Made by a program: the position numbers and the translations under genes | DNA from: Octopus sinensis | Taxonomy: Eukaryota | Assembly: GCF_006345805.1 (NCBI RefSeq) | Contig: NC_043003.1 | Location: 50,592,001 to 50,656,000, forward strand | Length of the DNA: 64,000 nucleotides | Direction of reading: 5' to 3' | The notes under the pieces: model-generated | What the model was told of the DNA's origin: nothing | What the model saw: the letters and a program-made list of their open reading frames with translations, nothing else | Databases searched by the model: none | In this document: one piece after another, positions 12,383-25,753 of the stretch | How positions within the stretch are numbered: position 1 is the first letter of the stretch | Layout: each line of letters starts with the position of its first letter

Positions 12383-13555
12383 CTATCATTAAAGACCCGT
12401 CGTTGCCGGGTCATAGTGCTAGTGCATGTATATATGTGTGTACATATTACATGTACATCTATATATATACATCTACACATAAAATACAAAATACAAAGTT
12501 ATATCTTGATATCGCTAGTGATAACAATACTCAAAATATATAACAGACTGGAATTGTTAGCCCGTCTCTTGTAATTTCGATCAATTGTGTCTTGTCCTCC
12601 CTCTTGTATAGAAGTGTGGCTACAATCCAGCCTACATCTACTTCTGGGGGGGGGGGGTGCATTTAAAATTTTTTTCCGGGATGTCCTACGTCCCAGATAT
12701 AAAGGTAAAAGTAAAATATTTCCACTTTGCAAGTTCGAGTCGAGTACTCCCTTGAACGCTCCGCTAACTCGAACCTTGCTTCTATTGCGGCGAATTTACC
12801 GCCTCTGATTAGATAACTTTCATAGTCGCACCAAGACACTTTTCGAAGGTGCTTTCCTCCATATGTGTTCAAATCTTTTTTCTCTACATTGTATACTTTA
12901 TAGACAATAGTCTTTTCTTTAATTTAATTTTTTATTATCCATCTGGATTATTCCATTTCTGCACGCTAATGTTATTTTTAATTTATTCCCATTCATGTGA
13001 AACCACTTATTCAAGTTCGAATCATTGATGCAATTTTATACCAATTGCTATTTTTACTTTTGTTATGTTACTTTATACTTTAGTTTGATTTTAATTATTA
13101 CTTACTACATATAATTCAATTGTTATTATTATTTTTATTGTTAAAGTGAAAGTATCTGACATAAAATAGAGAAATGTTTTTCTTTCACTTTTAACACGTA
13201 ATACTGAAATAGTGGAGGAGATATGATATTGCTATGGGCTCGCTCTACGCAAGAAGTTGAACATTTTTTTTTACCATGAAACTACATGGATCCTAAGTAA
13301 GGCATGTGTAAAATTTGAATGGAATTGGTTGTGTAGTTCTCAAGTTTTAGGGAATCGTAGAGGAGAAGATATGATATTGCCGTGGGCTCGCCCTAGGCAA
13401 AAAGTTCAAATTGTTTTTTGTCGATGACACTCTCCGGACCCTAAGTAAGGCATGTGTAAAATTTGAATGGAATCGGTTGTGTAGTTCTCAAGTTTTAGGG
13501 AAAAAACACACAGACAGACAGACAGACACACATCTCAGTTTTATATATATAAAGA
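12383..13555 (-). mobile_element. Non-autonomous Helitron
   Basis: 5' A|TCTTTATATATATAAAACTGAG on the minus strand; 3' hairpin GACCCG..CGGGTC then ATAG|T (CTAG variant); the 3' end matches the element at 52393-52755; internal tandem duplication of about 150 bp at 13215-13500. Confidence 0.8.
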
Positions 13556-13648
13556 TATATATATATATATATATATAGATATATATATATAATATATAAT
13601 ATATATATATACATACACACACACACACACACACAAATTAATATATAA

Positions 13649-14065
13649 TACGAGATGGCATCAAAAAGCTTCTGGACTAGGTCTGTGGCGCGCGAACAGA
13701 TAGGAGAACACGGTTCTCGTACGCAGTACCCTTCATGAACAACGTGCCGAGTGACATTGCTGTGTTTACTTCGTAAGCTGCGAATTTGTTTTCGTAATCA
13801 TGTGTATGCTGTGGCCTGATATTTTGTTCATGGTCAGGAAGTTGAGACAAAGAGCCAACGTGAAATTTTGTGTTAAACTTGGGAAGTTTGCAACAGAAAC
13901 ATTGAAAAGCTTACGGCGACGGAGGAATGGGTCGTACGCAATGTTTCGAGTGGCACAGATGCATCAAAAGCTGAAGGATGTCTCTGGAAGTCGTTAAGCG
14001 ATCTGGAAGATCTGCCACCAGCGTTACCCCTGGAAATGTGGACAAAATTCATTAGCTTGTGCAAT
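13649..14065 (+). mobile_element. Mariner 5' fragment
   Basis: TA|CGAGATGGCATCAAAAAG end; peptide [29 protein letters not shown]; truncated at (GATA)n. Confidence 0.85.
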
Positions 14066-14113
<48 letters not shown>

Positions 14114-14175
14114 CATGCATACATACTATATACACAGACAGACAGACAGATAGACAGACATACAGACAGACAGAC

Positions 14176-14249
<74 letters not shown>

Positions 14250-14250
14250 T
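14066..14250. repeat. (GATA)n/(GACA)n
   Basis: Directly visible. Confidence 0.95.
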
Positions 14251-14396
14251 TATATCTACGACAGTCTTCTTTCAATTTCCGTCTACCAAATCCACTTACA
14301 AAGCTTTGATCAGCCTACGGCTATAGTAGAATATACTTGCTCAAGGTACCACGTAGTGGGGCAAAATTCGGAGCCATCTGGTTGGTAAGGAAGCTT
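14251..14396 (-). mobile_element. SINE group A head fragment
   Basis: Reverse complement of the group A head. Confidence 0.75.
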
Positions 14397-14937
14397 AGTG
14401 GACTGGAACGACGTGAAATAAAGTACCTTTCCCGAATACTTAGTTCGCATCCTTGAATAGTTATCGAACCAACGCCCTTATAATCGAGAACCCAGTTGCC
14501 AAACTACTAGGCCTGAAAATCATCTCTTTTCTGTAAGTAGTGTGTTTTCAGTTACACATTAAACGAAATATCACTTCATATTAGATGCATATAATTGAGT
14601 ATCCACACGGCTGCACATACGTATTATTATGTAATTAATTATACATAATGCAGTTCGAATTGTAAAGTCTGAAATTTTTTGCGTAGATATAACTATAATT
14701 TTTAAAGTAAATGCCTCGCTGTGAAATGTAAACAAATATAAAGACAGCCTACAGGGCGATGCAAAATTGTGTTTACGTTTGTTTGTATTTCACAACAAGA
14801 GATATCATTTTAAAATTGTAGGTATATACATACAGTAGAAATTTAATATATCATTCTATTATTGCTCTGAACCGGATTTTCTCTTTTTAAATTTACTGAA
14901 CGCTCTTTCTAAGCGCTTTACGCAAATAATAACTATA

Positions 14938-14986
<49 letters not shown>

Positions 14987-15172
14987 TTTATTTTAAGCAG
15001 CAGAAAATTCCACAAAATCTGCTAGCAAAAACTGTCTGATGAACGGCAACAAGAAACTCAGAGTAACAGATTTTGTTGAATTTTCTGCTGCTTTAAATAA
15101 AGCATATTACTCTACCACTGGTATTTGAGTACTCTTTCTTCCACCTTGTTTCACATTTATGTGTTTACTCCG
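14987..15172 (+). mobile_element. HHR-bearing unit with a 35-bp inverted arm, inserted in (TA)n
   Basis: 14987-15021 is the reverse complement of 15067-15101 (2 mismatches); an HHR lies between the arms. Confidence 0.75.
15032..15069 (+). ncRNA. Minimal type I hammerhead, stem II disrupted
   Basis: CUGU-CUGAUGA-acggcaacaa-GAAA-CUC-a-GAG-UA-ACAG; core intact, but stem II does not pair in this copy. Confidence 0.7.
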
Positions 15173-15173
15173 G

Positions 15174-15206
<33 letters not shown>

Positions 15207-15326
15207 GTGTGTGTGTGTGTGCGTGCGCGTGTTCGTCCATTTGCACGCATACATATATGTATGTGTGTGTGAGTGCCTGTGTCTGTGTGTGCATATGGAT
15301 AGGCATACATACATACATATATATGT

Positions 15327-15554
15327 ATATATACTCTTTACTCTTTTCTCTTTTACTTGTTTCAGTCATTTGACTGCGGCCATGCTGGAGCACCGCCTTT
15401 AATCGAGCAACTCGACCCCGGGACTTATTCTTTGTAAGCCCAGTATTTATCCTATCGGTCTCTTTTGCCGAACCGGTAAGTTACGGGGACGTAAACACAC
15501 CACCACCGGTTGTCAAGCAATACTAGGGGGACAAACACAGACACACAAACACAC

Positions 15555-15585
<31 letters not shown>

Positions 15586-15620
15586 CACACACCACACACT
15601 ATATATATTATATATATATA

Positions 15621-15653
<33 letters not shown>

Positions 15654-15827
15654 ACATATATACGACAGGCTCCTTTCAGTTTCCGTCTACCAAATCCACT
15701 CACAAGGCATCGGTCGGCCCGGGGCTATATCCGAAGACACTTGCCCAAGATGCCACGCAGTGGGACTGAACCCGGAACCATGTGGCTGGTTAGCAAGCTA
15801 CTTACCACACAGCCACTCCTGCGCCTA
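15327..15827 (-). mobile_element. SINE group A, full length
   Basis: Complete head, central (CA)n/(TA)n and 3' module. Confidence 0.9.
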
Positions 15828-15828
15828 T

Positions 15829-15880
<52 letters not shown>

Positions 15881-16009
15881 TATAATAATAATAATAATGA
15901 TAATAGAGGGTAACATTAATCAATTAATAATTAATAATTTTACCAAGTAGTTTCTGCATGTTAAAAGGACCATTAACGGTAAACTTAAACAATAATTTTT
16001 ATAATTATG

Positions 16010-16545
16010 AGTATAATTATAATTAGGGTTCAGCAAAAAAAAAAAAAAAATTGTTTCACCATATACCTAAATTTAGAAATAGCAGCCAAAAAACTAGCTA
16101 TTTCTCTACCATAAGAAAATCTCCCAGATAGCATATACTCGAAAACAATACACGTAGGTAAAGAGAAAAAACAACGAATTCAATCGGCATTTGATTAACT
16201 GTGGACGCGTTTCGGAGTTAGATAGATATGAAAAATGCAAAAACCACATTTTCATTCCATCATCCTCGCTCTTCAGCACAGTATTTCAAGATTTAAAATT
16301 TGAGAGCTGGAATGAAAATGTGGTTTTTGCATTTTTCATATCTATCTAACTCCGAAACGCGTCCACAGTTAATCAAATGCCGATTGAATTCGTTGTTTTT
16401 TTCTCTTTACCTATGTGAATTGTTTTTGAGTATATGTTATTTGGGAGATTTTCTTATGGTAGAGAAATAGCTAGATTTTTTGGCTGCTACTTCTAAATTT
16501 CGGTATGTGGTGAAGCAAATTTCTTTGCTGAACCCTAATTATAAT
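16010..16545. mobile_element. Fold-back pLTR-like unit with arms of about 240 bp and an HHR
   Basis: 16010-16258 is the reverse complement of 16308-16545; the left arm has a full HHR and the right arm only the 3' half. Confidence 0.8.
16198..16282 (-). ncRNA. Type I hammerhead with a long stem II loop
   Basis: ACUGUG-CUGAAGA-G(c)GAG..~50 nt..CUCC-GAAA-CGCG-UC-CACAGU: perfect 6-bp stem I, palindromic stem III, GUC triplet. Confidence 0.8.
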
Positions 16546-16590
16546 TATAATAATAATTATAAAATTATATATATATATATACATATATAT

Positions 16591-16870
16591 ATGAGGGAGC
16601 ATTGCTTAGTAGTTAGGATGTTGCATTCAAGATCTAGTGATCGTGATTTCTGTTCCTAGACTGAGTGGTGCATTGTGTTCTTGAGCAAAATACTTCACCT
16701 CACCTGACGCGTGGTACGCAGTGCACTTGTTCAGACAACGTCGATTTAATGGAGGGAGAGTGAGCAAATGTTCGGCACACGAACATTTGATCACTATACA
16801 CAAATCATTTGTGCAAATCGTTCAGCACAAAGCTGAGTGATCATGTGTCGTCTTTGACGGGAGAGTTCAT
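16591..16870 (+). mobile_element. SINE with a group C-like tRNA head, diverged
   Basis: GCTTAGTAGTTAGGATG..TTGTGTTCTTGAGCAAAATACTT resembles the head at 27604. Confidence 0.65.
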
Positions 16871-17189
16871 GATATAATATATATATATATAAAAGGAGCA
16901 GACGATACAAAGGCGGGCAAGAGAAATAAAAATTAGAAGGACAGGCAAAAAAAGATGGGTCATTCGTGGCTTGCTTTCCTCAGTCAAGTTCCAGAAGTTA
17001 CAACCATTTCGGACAGTTACACTTGAGATGGTTCGATTTGGTTGCCTCCCAAAAAGTCTCAGCTAAGAGCATTAGACTCCTTTGAAATAAAGCTAGCGAA
17101 TGTGTACAGCAAGAATGACAAAAATCGGAGAACATGGTACACAATTACGAATACAAACAACAAGAAATAACAACAGGTGTCGACTGAGA

Positions 17190-17204
17190 ACGAATCAAAT
17201 TGTG

Positions 17205-17237
<33 letters not shown>

Positions 17238-17462
17238 GTGTGTGTGTGTTTGTGTCTATATTTGTCGACCCACCATCGCTTAACCGATGCTGGTGTGTTT
17301 ATATCCCCGTAACTTAGCCGTTCAGCAAAAGATACGGATAGAATATGTACCAGGTTTGCAAAGAATGAGTCATGGGGTCAATATTTTCGACTAAAGATGG
17401 TGCTCCTGCATGGCCGCAGTCAAATGACTGAAACAAATAAAAGAGTGAAATAGTAAAAAGAT
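17190..17462 (+). mobile_element. SINE group A 3' module
   Basis: Matches the tails of other group A copies. Confidence 0.8.
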
Positions 17463-17464
17463 AC

Positions 17465-17640
17465 AGGCCGGAATTTTTTAAGGAGATGGCCACTTGATTA
17501 CGTTGACCTCAGTGCCCCAAAAAGATGAAAAATTATGAAAAGTTGACGTTCGCAGAATTTGAACTGAGAACGTAAAAACGGGAGAAAATGTTACGAAGCA
17601 TTTTGCAGTCGTGCCAACGACTCTCTCAGCTCACCGTCTT
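17465..17640 (-). mobile_element. SINE group B, diverged
   Basis: GAATTTGAACTGAGAACGTAAA..CAGCTCACCG match. Confidence 0.7.
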
Positions 17641-17974
17641 CGGGATACAAAAATAAGCTGCATTCATATCCAAAATCCCCTTACCTTTACCCCGATTCTG
17701 CGAATATTAGGAGAGAGTTCAATTTAGAACTGAATGATTATCTAGTTAAGAAACTGATACTCTGTTAGCGTGTGAAAATGATTCAATTACAGCAATTTTA
17801 ACCAGCACAAAAACATTAGCTATTATCGATTTTTCATTTTCCTATTCTAAAGTTTAGCGTTGAGATATGAAATACGAGTAAACAGAAGGTTGCTTGATCA
17901 GTCAAAAGTCAAGTGATAAAAGTCCCTTGAAAGAGTATATATTAAAGGGAGATTATTTACCGCAAGGCGACGAA

Positions 17975-18010
17975 ATCTAACGTTTCGGATACTCATCCTT
18001 CTTCAGAAAG
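17975..18010 (-). ncRNA. Minimal hammerhead candidate (extra A after A9)
   Basis: CUUU-CUGAAGA-A-GGAU(gagu)AUCC-GAAA-CG-UU-AGAU; core intact, stem I only 3 bp. Confidence 0.6.
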
Positions 18011-18376
18011 AATAAAAAGGCTAATATCAATGTAGTACTATAACATGGTCGTGGTGTTAGTTTTTATATTCTTTCCTTCTAAAGAGTAAATGTCTGAAAC
18101 TTTAGATTTTCTGCACTTCATGACAACTCGTCTCAATGTAATTTTGTATATTTTCTACGAGACTTCAGTCATTTTTTCTTCTTTGATCTTTATGTTTTTC
18201 TGTGTAGCTATCTCCAGGTATGTAAAACTAAAGAGATTCAATTTATTTCCCTAAGATTGAAATATAACACTTCCAGTGGTCAAATATTCACGAGAGCTAC
18301 AAGATATATATATTATATAGAGAGAGAGAGAGAGAGAGAGAGAAAGGGTAAGAGAGAGAAAATTACAGTAAGAGGA

Positions 18377-18423
<47 letters not shown>

Positions 18424-19027
18424 AGTCAATGAAAGAGTTTCAACATGACCACTTTCTCAGTTATAATTAGGGTTCACAATTCACTAAAACCACTGCATAC
18501 TATCTTAAAAAGGAAAAACTTATTAGATAACATACATCTAGATTTCTAAAAAAAAAAAAGATGGACGTTCACATTTGTAACTCCTTTGAAGACAGGCATA
18601 ATCTATCAAAGTTGAAACTAACTAAAAAGAACAACAATAACGAACCTCACATCTCTTCCTTATCCATTGATAGATCAACAAACGTTACCCACTCGCTCGT
18701 TGATAATACACAGGAAATACCTCATTAATACCCAATCAACATAGCAAAGCTAGTTCGCAAAATACTTTCTCATTTAGTTAGATTTACTTCTAAGGCCAGT
18801 AATACGAATTTGATACAATTTAAGGTATCTAGTTACCCTAATAAAAATAAAATCCATACTGTGTGGGATAAGTGTTTTGAAAAACCCCATGTTTGAGCCT
18901 GTTTACTGAAGATTTGCCACACCTACATACTGACTAGAACGAGAAGAAATATCATGTAAATCCCCTTCAAAATTGTTTTAATTTCTTAGGAAAGATAGGG
19001 AACTGGATAGATACTATTGTCCTACAT

Positions 19028-19246
19028 CGGTGGTTCTCAACCATTTTTTGCCCATGGATCCCTTCGGTACTGATTTTACCTTACTGGACCTCCATAATTA
19101 TTCGATGTGCATAAAAAAAATCCTATCATTAGGAATTGTATAAAAATAGGCACTGTAGAATAATAAGTAATTTATTGCACATGAATTTTAACAAAATCTT
19201 ATATTGGACCCTCATGGGCCATATGGACCTCAGTCGAAAATCACTG
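19028..19246. mobile_element. hAT-type MITE
   Basis: TIRs CGGTGGTTCTCAAC / GTCGAAAATCACTG; 8-bp TSD TCCTACAT / TCCTCCAT. Confidence 0.85.
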
Positions 19247-19410
19247 TCCTCCATAATCCCCAAAGGATGGCATGTACAAGGTTGGAATATCATTTATCCT
19301 AAGTGTCTCTATATATTTTTTGTTTAGGGCGAAGAGTAAAGTTGAGAAAGACAGCGAGGAAGATGCAAGGAAATGAGGGATGACAGATGAAATATATAGA
19401 GAAATTTAAA

Positions 19411-19630
19411 GGCAGAAGCCTGGTCGTGAGGTTAAAAAGCTCTCTTTGCAATCACGTGATTTCGGGTTCAGTTTCACTGCGCGGCACTTTGGGTAAATAT
19501 TGTCTACTATACACCCGGGGTGACCAATACCTTGTGAAAGGATATGGTAGACCGAAACAGTGTGGAAGCTCGTATACGTACGCACTTCCCTACCTACCTA
19601 CCTACCTACCTACCTACCTACCTACCTACA

Positions 19631-19666
<36 letters not shown>

Positions 19667-19763
19667 TATAAATGTGTGTGCGTTGTGTGTGTGTGTGTGT
19701 TTATCCCCGTCACCAACACCGCTTGGCAAATCGCGCTGTTTTGTTTGCGATCCCGTAACTTAG
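19411..19763 (+). mobile_element. SINE group A, diverged, with central (CCTA)n(CATA)n
   Basis: Head and partial tail are recognisable. Confidence 0.75.
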
Positions 19764-20194
19764 CACAACAAAGGGAAAACTTAAACGAAAACTGGGCGAA
19801 AACATAACGGACAGAAAAAGGAGATAAACACACAATACAAGGAACATTCGCAGCGGATGTTTCTCATCAGTTGGTTTCCGAGACGTCATCGTGGTTTCGC
19901 GTGCTTAAAAATCAAGACCACTGTTACCACGGAGGCGCCAGCGCATTAAGCTTTATGAAAAAACTAACGAATGTATACGAGGACAGAGCAAAATAGCATG
20001 GCGTACAACAAGAAAATAATGACAAAGATACAACTGACAAGAAATGGTACTATTACAATAGAAAATGCCTTTCGACTATACAATTGCAAAAAGAATAAAT
20101 TATACACTAACAGAAACTAACAGAAAGGGCCTTTCGGCTATCAACAGACAATAGTGAGGTAGTGCAAGGAAAAACTGGAAAGACATCTTTTGTG

Positions 20195-20291
<97 letters not shown>

Positions 20292-20344
20292 CATGTATGT
20301 ATGTATGTATGTATGTATATATATATACACACACACTAATATAA

Positions 20345-20565
20345 ATGTGTGTGTATGTGTGTGTGTGCCCGTGTGTTTCCTTCGCTTGACAACGGTTTTC
20401 GTTCGTTTACGTCATCCTAACTTAGCGATTCGGCAAAACATAGCGGTCGAATAAGCACGTGACTCAAAAAATAATACTAGGGGCGATTTGTTCGACTAAA
20501 TCCTTCAAGATGGAGCTCCAGTATGACCGCAATCCACTGACCTAAACAAGTAAAAGGCAAAAGCT
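20345..20565 (+). mobile_element. SINE group A 3' module
   Basis: Tail match. Confidence 0.7.
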
Positions 20566-21029
20566 TAGGGTCCTACGAAAATAAATCTAGCTAAAACTGT
20601 ACGAATAATGTTGAGAGAAATATATTTCTACGAGAATCGTGGAATCCCAAATTTCCTACTCCGCAGGGAGAGGGATTTCTTCCATATTAAGAATTACAGA
20701 TATAGAGGTACCGGAAGTATGAAGCCTATAAAGGAGTGTTTACATATATCCAAATATCTAGCATGAACGGGTAGTATGGAGATGCTTCGAAAATCTGATC
20801 CGGTCAGAATGGATATTGAGTTGTGTTTAAAGCCATCAGCTGACCAGCACACATTCACATGGAGATGTCGTTAGAGTTGGTTACACTGTTTTGGATACAC
20901 ACAAGGTTTCCGTTTAGGATTTTATTTACAACTATTTCAGAAGTTACCCTTCTACAAATGTTGTGTATCAGCCTTGCCTTCTCCACACCTACTATCCTCC
21001 CACACATAAACTCACACACTCCTCATGTT

Positions 21030-21030
21030 C

Positions 21031-21086
<56 letters not shown>

Positions 21087-21520
21087 CCTCTTTTCTCTCT
21101 CGCTCCATTCCTCACCATAACATTTTACTCTTTTTTCTTAATGTATTCTATGCCTTCCACTCATTTTTCTTTCTCTGCCTTCTCTCCATTCGCATCTAAA
21201 TTGTTTTTCTCTGTATCTATTCTCTCTCTCGATATATATAAATCAATTACCTTCATTTCTGTATCAATTCCTGTTTCTCTTTCTTTATATTCTAACTTTA
21301 ACATGCACTTTCTTCCCCATTCTATATCTATTGCACTTTCTTCTTCACTCTATAGCTATTTCTATATGTCTCTATCAGTCTATCATTTTTCTTTTCTTTC
21401 CCTCGCTCTATTTCATCAATCGAACGGAGACAGACAGAGTGAGATGAATCTCACTCTGTCTGTCTCCGTTTTTGTCTTACTTTTCCAATTTCTCTCTCTC
21501 ATTTCTTTCCCATATGTCTT
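21030..21520. repeat. (CT)n and pyrimidine-rich low complexity
   Basis: Directly visible; explains ORF 20859-21584. Confidence 0.85.
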
Positions 21521-21808
21521 TCCGCCATTTTTATTGTATTACTACCCATGTCTTACATTCTTTTCTGCGTTAACAATGGAGTAGGTGACTCAGTAAAATG
21601 CTGAACACAATAGCGTGTGATATTTTATATCCCTTTACGTTCGGACTTAATTGCTTATCACTGTTAACTGTGTCCTTCATCCTTCCGGAGATGGGATTAT
21701 AAAGTAAATGTTAGATATTTACACCTCAACCCGTCCCGCAAAACGTCTCTCAACATATCACTATCAGAAAACCTTTATAAATACCCTTTTAATAGTATGA
21801 AGATCAGT

Positions 21809-22030
21809 AAGGCGGCGAGCTGGTACTATCGGTAGTACACCGGACAAAATGCTTAGCGGCATTTCGTCCGTCTTTTCGTTCTCAGTTCAAATTTCCACCA
21901 TGGTCAACTTTGCCTTTCATCCTTTCGGAGTCGATAAAATAAGTACCATTTGATCAATGAGGTCGACACAATCGACTGCCCCTATCCCCCAATTTTGCTG
22001 GCCGTGTTCCAAAATTTGAAACTAATATTT
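21809..22030 (+). mobile_element. SINE group B monomer
   Basis: AAGGCGGCGAGCTGG head, GTTCAAAT B-box and family body. Confidence 0.85.
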
Positions 22031-22264
22031 AAGAAGAGCAGAGAACAACAGAGTCAGTACAGTGGCGGAGAAAATATACGATAGCACCTATGTTATGTCT
22101 CCTTACATTCAGGATTCCTTTTTACTAAAGTTGACAAAGGATTTCTTAGTTCCTTGTGCGATCGAATGAGTGAGCACTACTTAAGAACTACGATTTAATA
22201 GACTGTTCCTACCACCAAGATGTGTAGCCAATTGCTTTATGTTACAATTCGTATTCCTTCTTCC

Positions 22265-22650
22265 GTGGAGACGCAATGGTCCAGGGGTTAATGCAGCGAA
22301 TTCCCGGTCGTCGGTTAGCGGTTTCGATTCCCAGACCGGGCGTTGTGAGTGTTTATTGAGCGAAAACACCTAAAGCTCCACAAGGCTCCGGCTGTGGGTC
22401 GTGATGAACCCTGCTGTACTCTTTCACTACAGCTTTCTCTCACTCTTTCTTCCTGTTTCTGTTGTACCTGTATTTCAAAGGGCCAGCCTTGTTATATACT
22501 CTGTCACGCTGAATCACCCCGAGAACTACGTTAAAGGTACACGTGTCTGTGGAGCGCTCAGCCACTTGCACGTTAAGTTTACGAGAACGCTGTTCCGTTG
22601 ATCGGATCAACTGGAATCCTCGTCGTCGCAACCGACGGAGTGCCACGACG
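22265..22650 (+). mobile_element. tRNA-derived SINE sharing its 3' module with group C
   Basis: tRNA-like head with GGTTTCGATTCCC; 12-bp TSD ATTCCTTCTTCC / ATTACTTCTTCC; 3' part matches about 27745-27905. Confidence 0.85.
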
Positions 22651-24102
22651 ATTACTTCTTCCACCAATTTCTTTAATCCCTCCTCTCTCCCTCCCAAACT
22701 CTTCCTATCTATCTCTCACTAGCTCGCTCTTTCTATTTCTTCCTCTCTATTTCTCCTAACCTTTCCTTTCTTTTTACTCCCCCATCCTACTCTTCCTCTA
22801 TCCACTCTTCCATGTCTCGCCAGTACTGCAATGATGAAAACCAATACTACAAGTCGGATGTCAAAGAGTTTCTTTCTCTGCGTTTCTCATGGCTATCTTG
22901 ACAGTGATTGATTCGTAATCCTTATATCCTCACCCATAGCATTCAATCACACCCTGCCCCTCCTATTACAACCCCTTTGCCATTTTCCTCTAAACTTCAT
23001 ATTTGAGCTAACGACGGAGCCTCTACGTGGTAGCTTGATCTGCATAAACCAAACATCCCTCAATTTATACCTCCCACCGTCTCAGAAAAGGATACAGTGC
23101 ATAATATGATCCAGGATTCCCTGCACTTGGAGTAAAGACATCGTGATCAGGGCTAGAATGAATTTAAATATGGATTCACCAAGGACCAAACAACAACAAC
23201 AACTCTTCTTATTTTTCCTTGTTTTCCGTCTTAGCAATTCCTTAGATATCTAAGCGACCTTATTCTGTCAGTAATTCTCGTTTACACCCTCTCCTTCTCT
23301 CTTCTCCAATTTCTCATACATTGGACTGCAGCCAAGCTTAGTAGTCGCTTCAAAGACGTTAGTCGATTATATCTACTCCCGATGTTTTGTAACTCATTTA
23401 GCCAACTCGACGGATATGAAAGTGTGACGTCAAATATTTGTAAAGGAACAAGCCTAGGCGAGTTTAAATAATACTAGATACTCTTGATGCATTTGATTTC
23501 CATTTGTACAGTTTGAGTGAATTCGCTTAATGGAATATATGTGGAAGTCCGTCCTACATATATATATGCGCATGCATACATAGATACAAACACATGCACA
23601 AGCGCGCGCATGCAGGAACACACACACTGTCTTCCAAATTTGATTAAAATAACTTAGGTTGTTCCAGATTTCTGCAAGAAACGCTTGTCTTACTTACTAC
23701 AAGATAGGATTGAACCTGTAATCACGTGTTTGCGAAGCGATGCTTTTAACCTGTACACATGCAGGCATAACTACGCGCGAATAAATCGTCTTTTTAACGG
23801 TGGAACTCGAAATAGAGCGTGGTGGATTTTGAAAATTTATAGCATATTGACTCGAGGCATGTTTATCATCGCCTCGTGGATATATGTTAGTCCTTGGCTT
23901 TTCTGCTGACAAGGCAACGCCAGTGGTAAATAAATTAATTTATTTACAAAAGATTGCCGAAACTATGCATCGTCCAGAAAGGAGAGGGTAAACGTTTTTA
24001 TTTCTCTTTCCATTTCAGAATTACAACTATTAGTGTTTTGGAGTTTGGCTGCTCTTTCTAGTGAGTCGGATGTCCTATTATGGCCATCCCTTATATGTTT
24101 GA

Positions 24103-24152
<50 letters not shown>

Positions 24153-24159
24153 TGAGAGA

Positions 24160-24500
24160 GAGGCGTGGCTGTGTGTTAAGAAGCTTGTCTCCCAACCAGA
24201 TGGTTCCGGATTCAGTTTCAGTGAATGGCACCTGGGGTAAGTGTCTTCTGCTATAGCCTCGGGCCAGCCAAAACCTTGCAATTGGATTTGGTAGATGGAA
24301 ACTGAAAGAAGCACGTTGTATATATTATTTATATTTTTATGTGTTCGTATTTGTGTTTGTCCCTCTACCATTGCTTGACAACCGATCTTGGTGTGTTTAC
24401 CAGGCTTACAAAGAATAAGTTCGGTGGTCGATTTCTTCAACTAAAAGATGGTGTTCCAGTGTGTCCACAGTCAAAATGGTTGAAAAAAATAAAAGAATAT
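24160..24500 (+). mobile_element. SINE group A
   Basis: Head plus tail with an internal deletion. Confidence 0.85.
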
Positions 24501-24560
24501 ATATCCAGATACGTTATTTTCTCTCTTTTTCCCCTTTCTCTATGTTTTCTTTCTTCAATG

Positions 24561-24596
24561 CTGTCTGAAGAAGAGCGTAGGCTCGAAACATCAAAG
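24561..24596 (+). ncRNA. Minimal hammerhead candidate (extra A after A9)
   Basis: CUGU-CUGAAGA-A-GAGC(guag)GCUC-GAAA-CA-UC-AAAG; stem I has one mismatch, and stem III CA is probably a decayed CG. Confidence 0.6.
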
Positions 24597-24799
24597 ACTT
24601 CTTCCATTTTTCCTGATCGTCAAAGTAATACACCTTGTTTGTTGTTCCTTCATCTGCCTCAGTTTTTTCGCTTTTTTTTTTGCTGTTTTTGTACAGTTTT
24701 GAACCATACATATGTATACGCATACACATACACTTATATACACATATAACACACGTACATTCATAGTCACATAGCTATTTGTGTATATCTGTATTTGTC

Positions 24800-24839
<40 letters not shown>

Positions 24840-25129
24840 CATGTGTGCGTGTGTGTGTGTGTTGTGTGTGTGTGTGAGTGAGTGAGTGCATACCCAACAG
24901 TTAAATATAAAACATCAGCAAAATTCATGATTTCTTTACCAAATTCACCTGCTATAATGAAATATTTTTCTAAATTATATTTTATGCTAATTCATTAACA
25001 ACATTAAAAATCCAATGTTCTAATTTAATTATGTAATTTTTTAAAACTATTTCAATCATTCTGTCTGGAGAATTTTTTTTTATTTTTTACAATGACGTCT
25101 ATAATTGGTACCATTCAGACAAAATTTCA

Positions 25130-25515
25130 GTTATCTTCTGTCTTTCATTTGTTTCACTCATTTGAACTGCAACCATGGTGGTACACCACCTCCATGCGCT
25201 GTTGTCGAACAAATTGGCCTCAATACTTATTTTTAAAGTTTGTTACTTAATTCTACTGGGGCCTTTTACCGAACCGCTAAGTTTCAGGAGTGCATGCGAA
25301 CGATCACCAGTTGTCAAACGGTGTGAACAAACACAAGCACTAAGAAATACACACGTGTGTGTGTATGTGTACGACGGATTTCCACACAGATTCTGAATAC
25401 CGAAGGCATTGGTCTTCCCGCTGCTATAGTAGAAGACACCTCCCGAGGTGCCGCACTGTGGAAGTGAACCCGAAATTATATGGTTGCATAGCGAGTTTCT
25501 TAACCACACAGCCTG
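25130..25515 (-). mobile_element. SINE group A
   Basis: Reverse-complement match to head and tail. Confidence 0.8.
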
Positions 25516-25753
25516 TATATAAAATTTCCTACATTCAGTGTTTAGCTCAAAACCCAAATTTAAATTATTTTGGACAAAATTTTAACTAAATAAAACCGAT
25601 CGAGAAAGTACACCATCGTATTGCTAGTATGTATCTCTGGAACGATGAGCGATTGTGTAAATGCAATATGGCGATTATATAAAGTTTCTTTCCTGTTGAT
25701 AGCAGTTTAAACAGATCTATGTTATTCAAGTTGTGTTTACGGTCTGATTCTTA

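Noticed and set aside
16020-16030. TTAGGG telomeric-like word at the fold-back ends
   Set aside because: A single hexamer, not an array.
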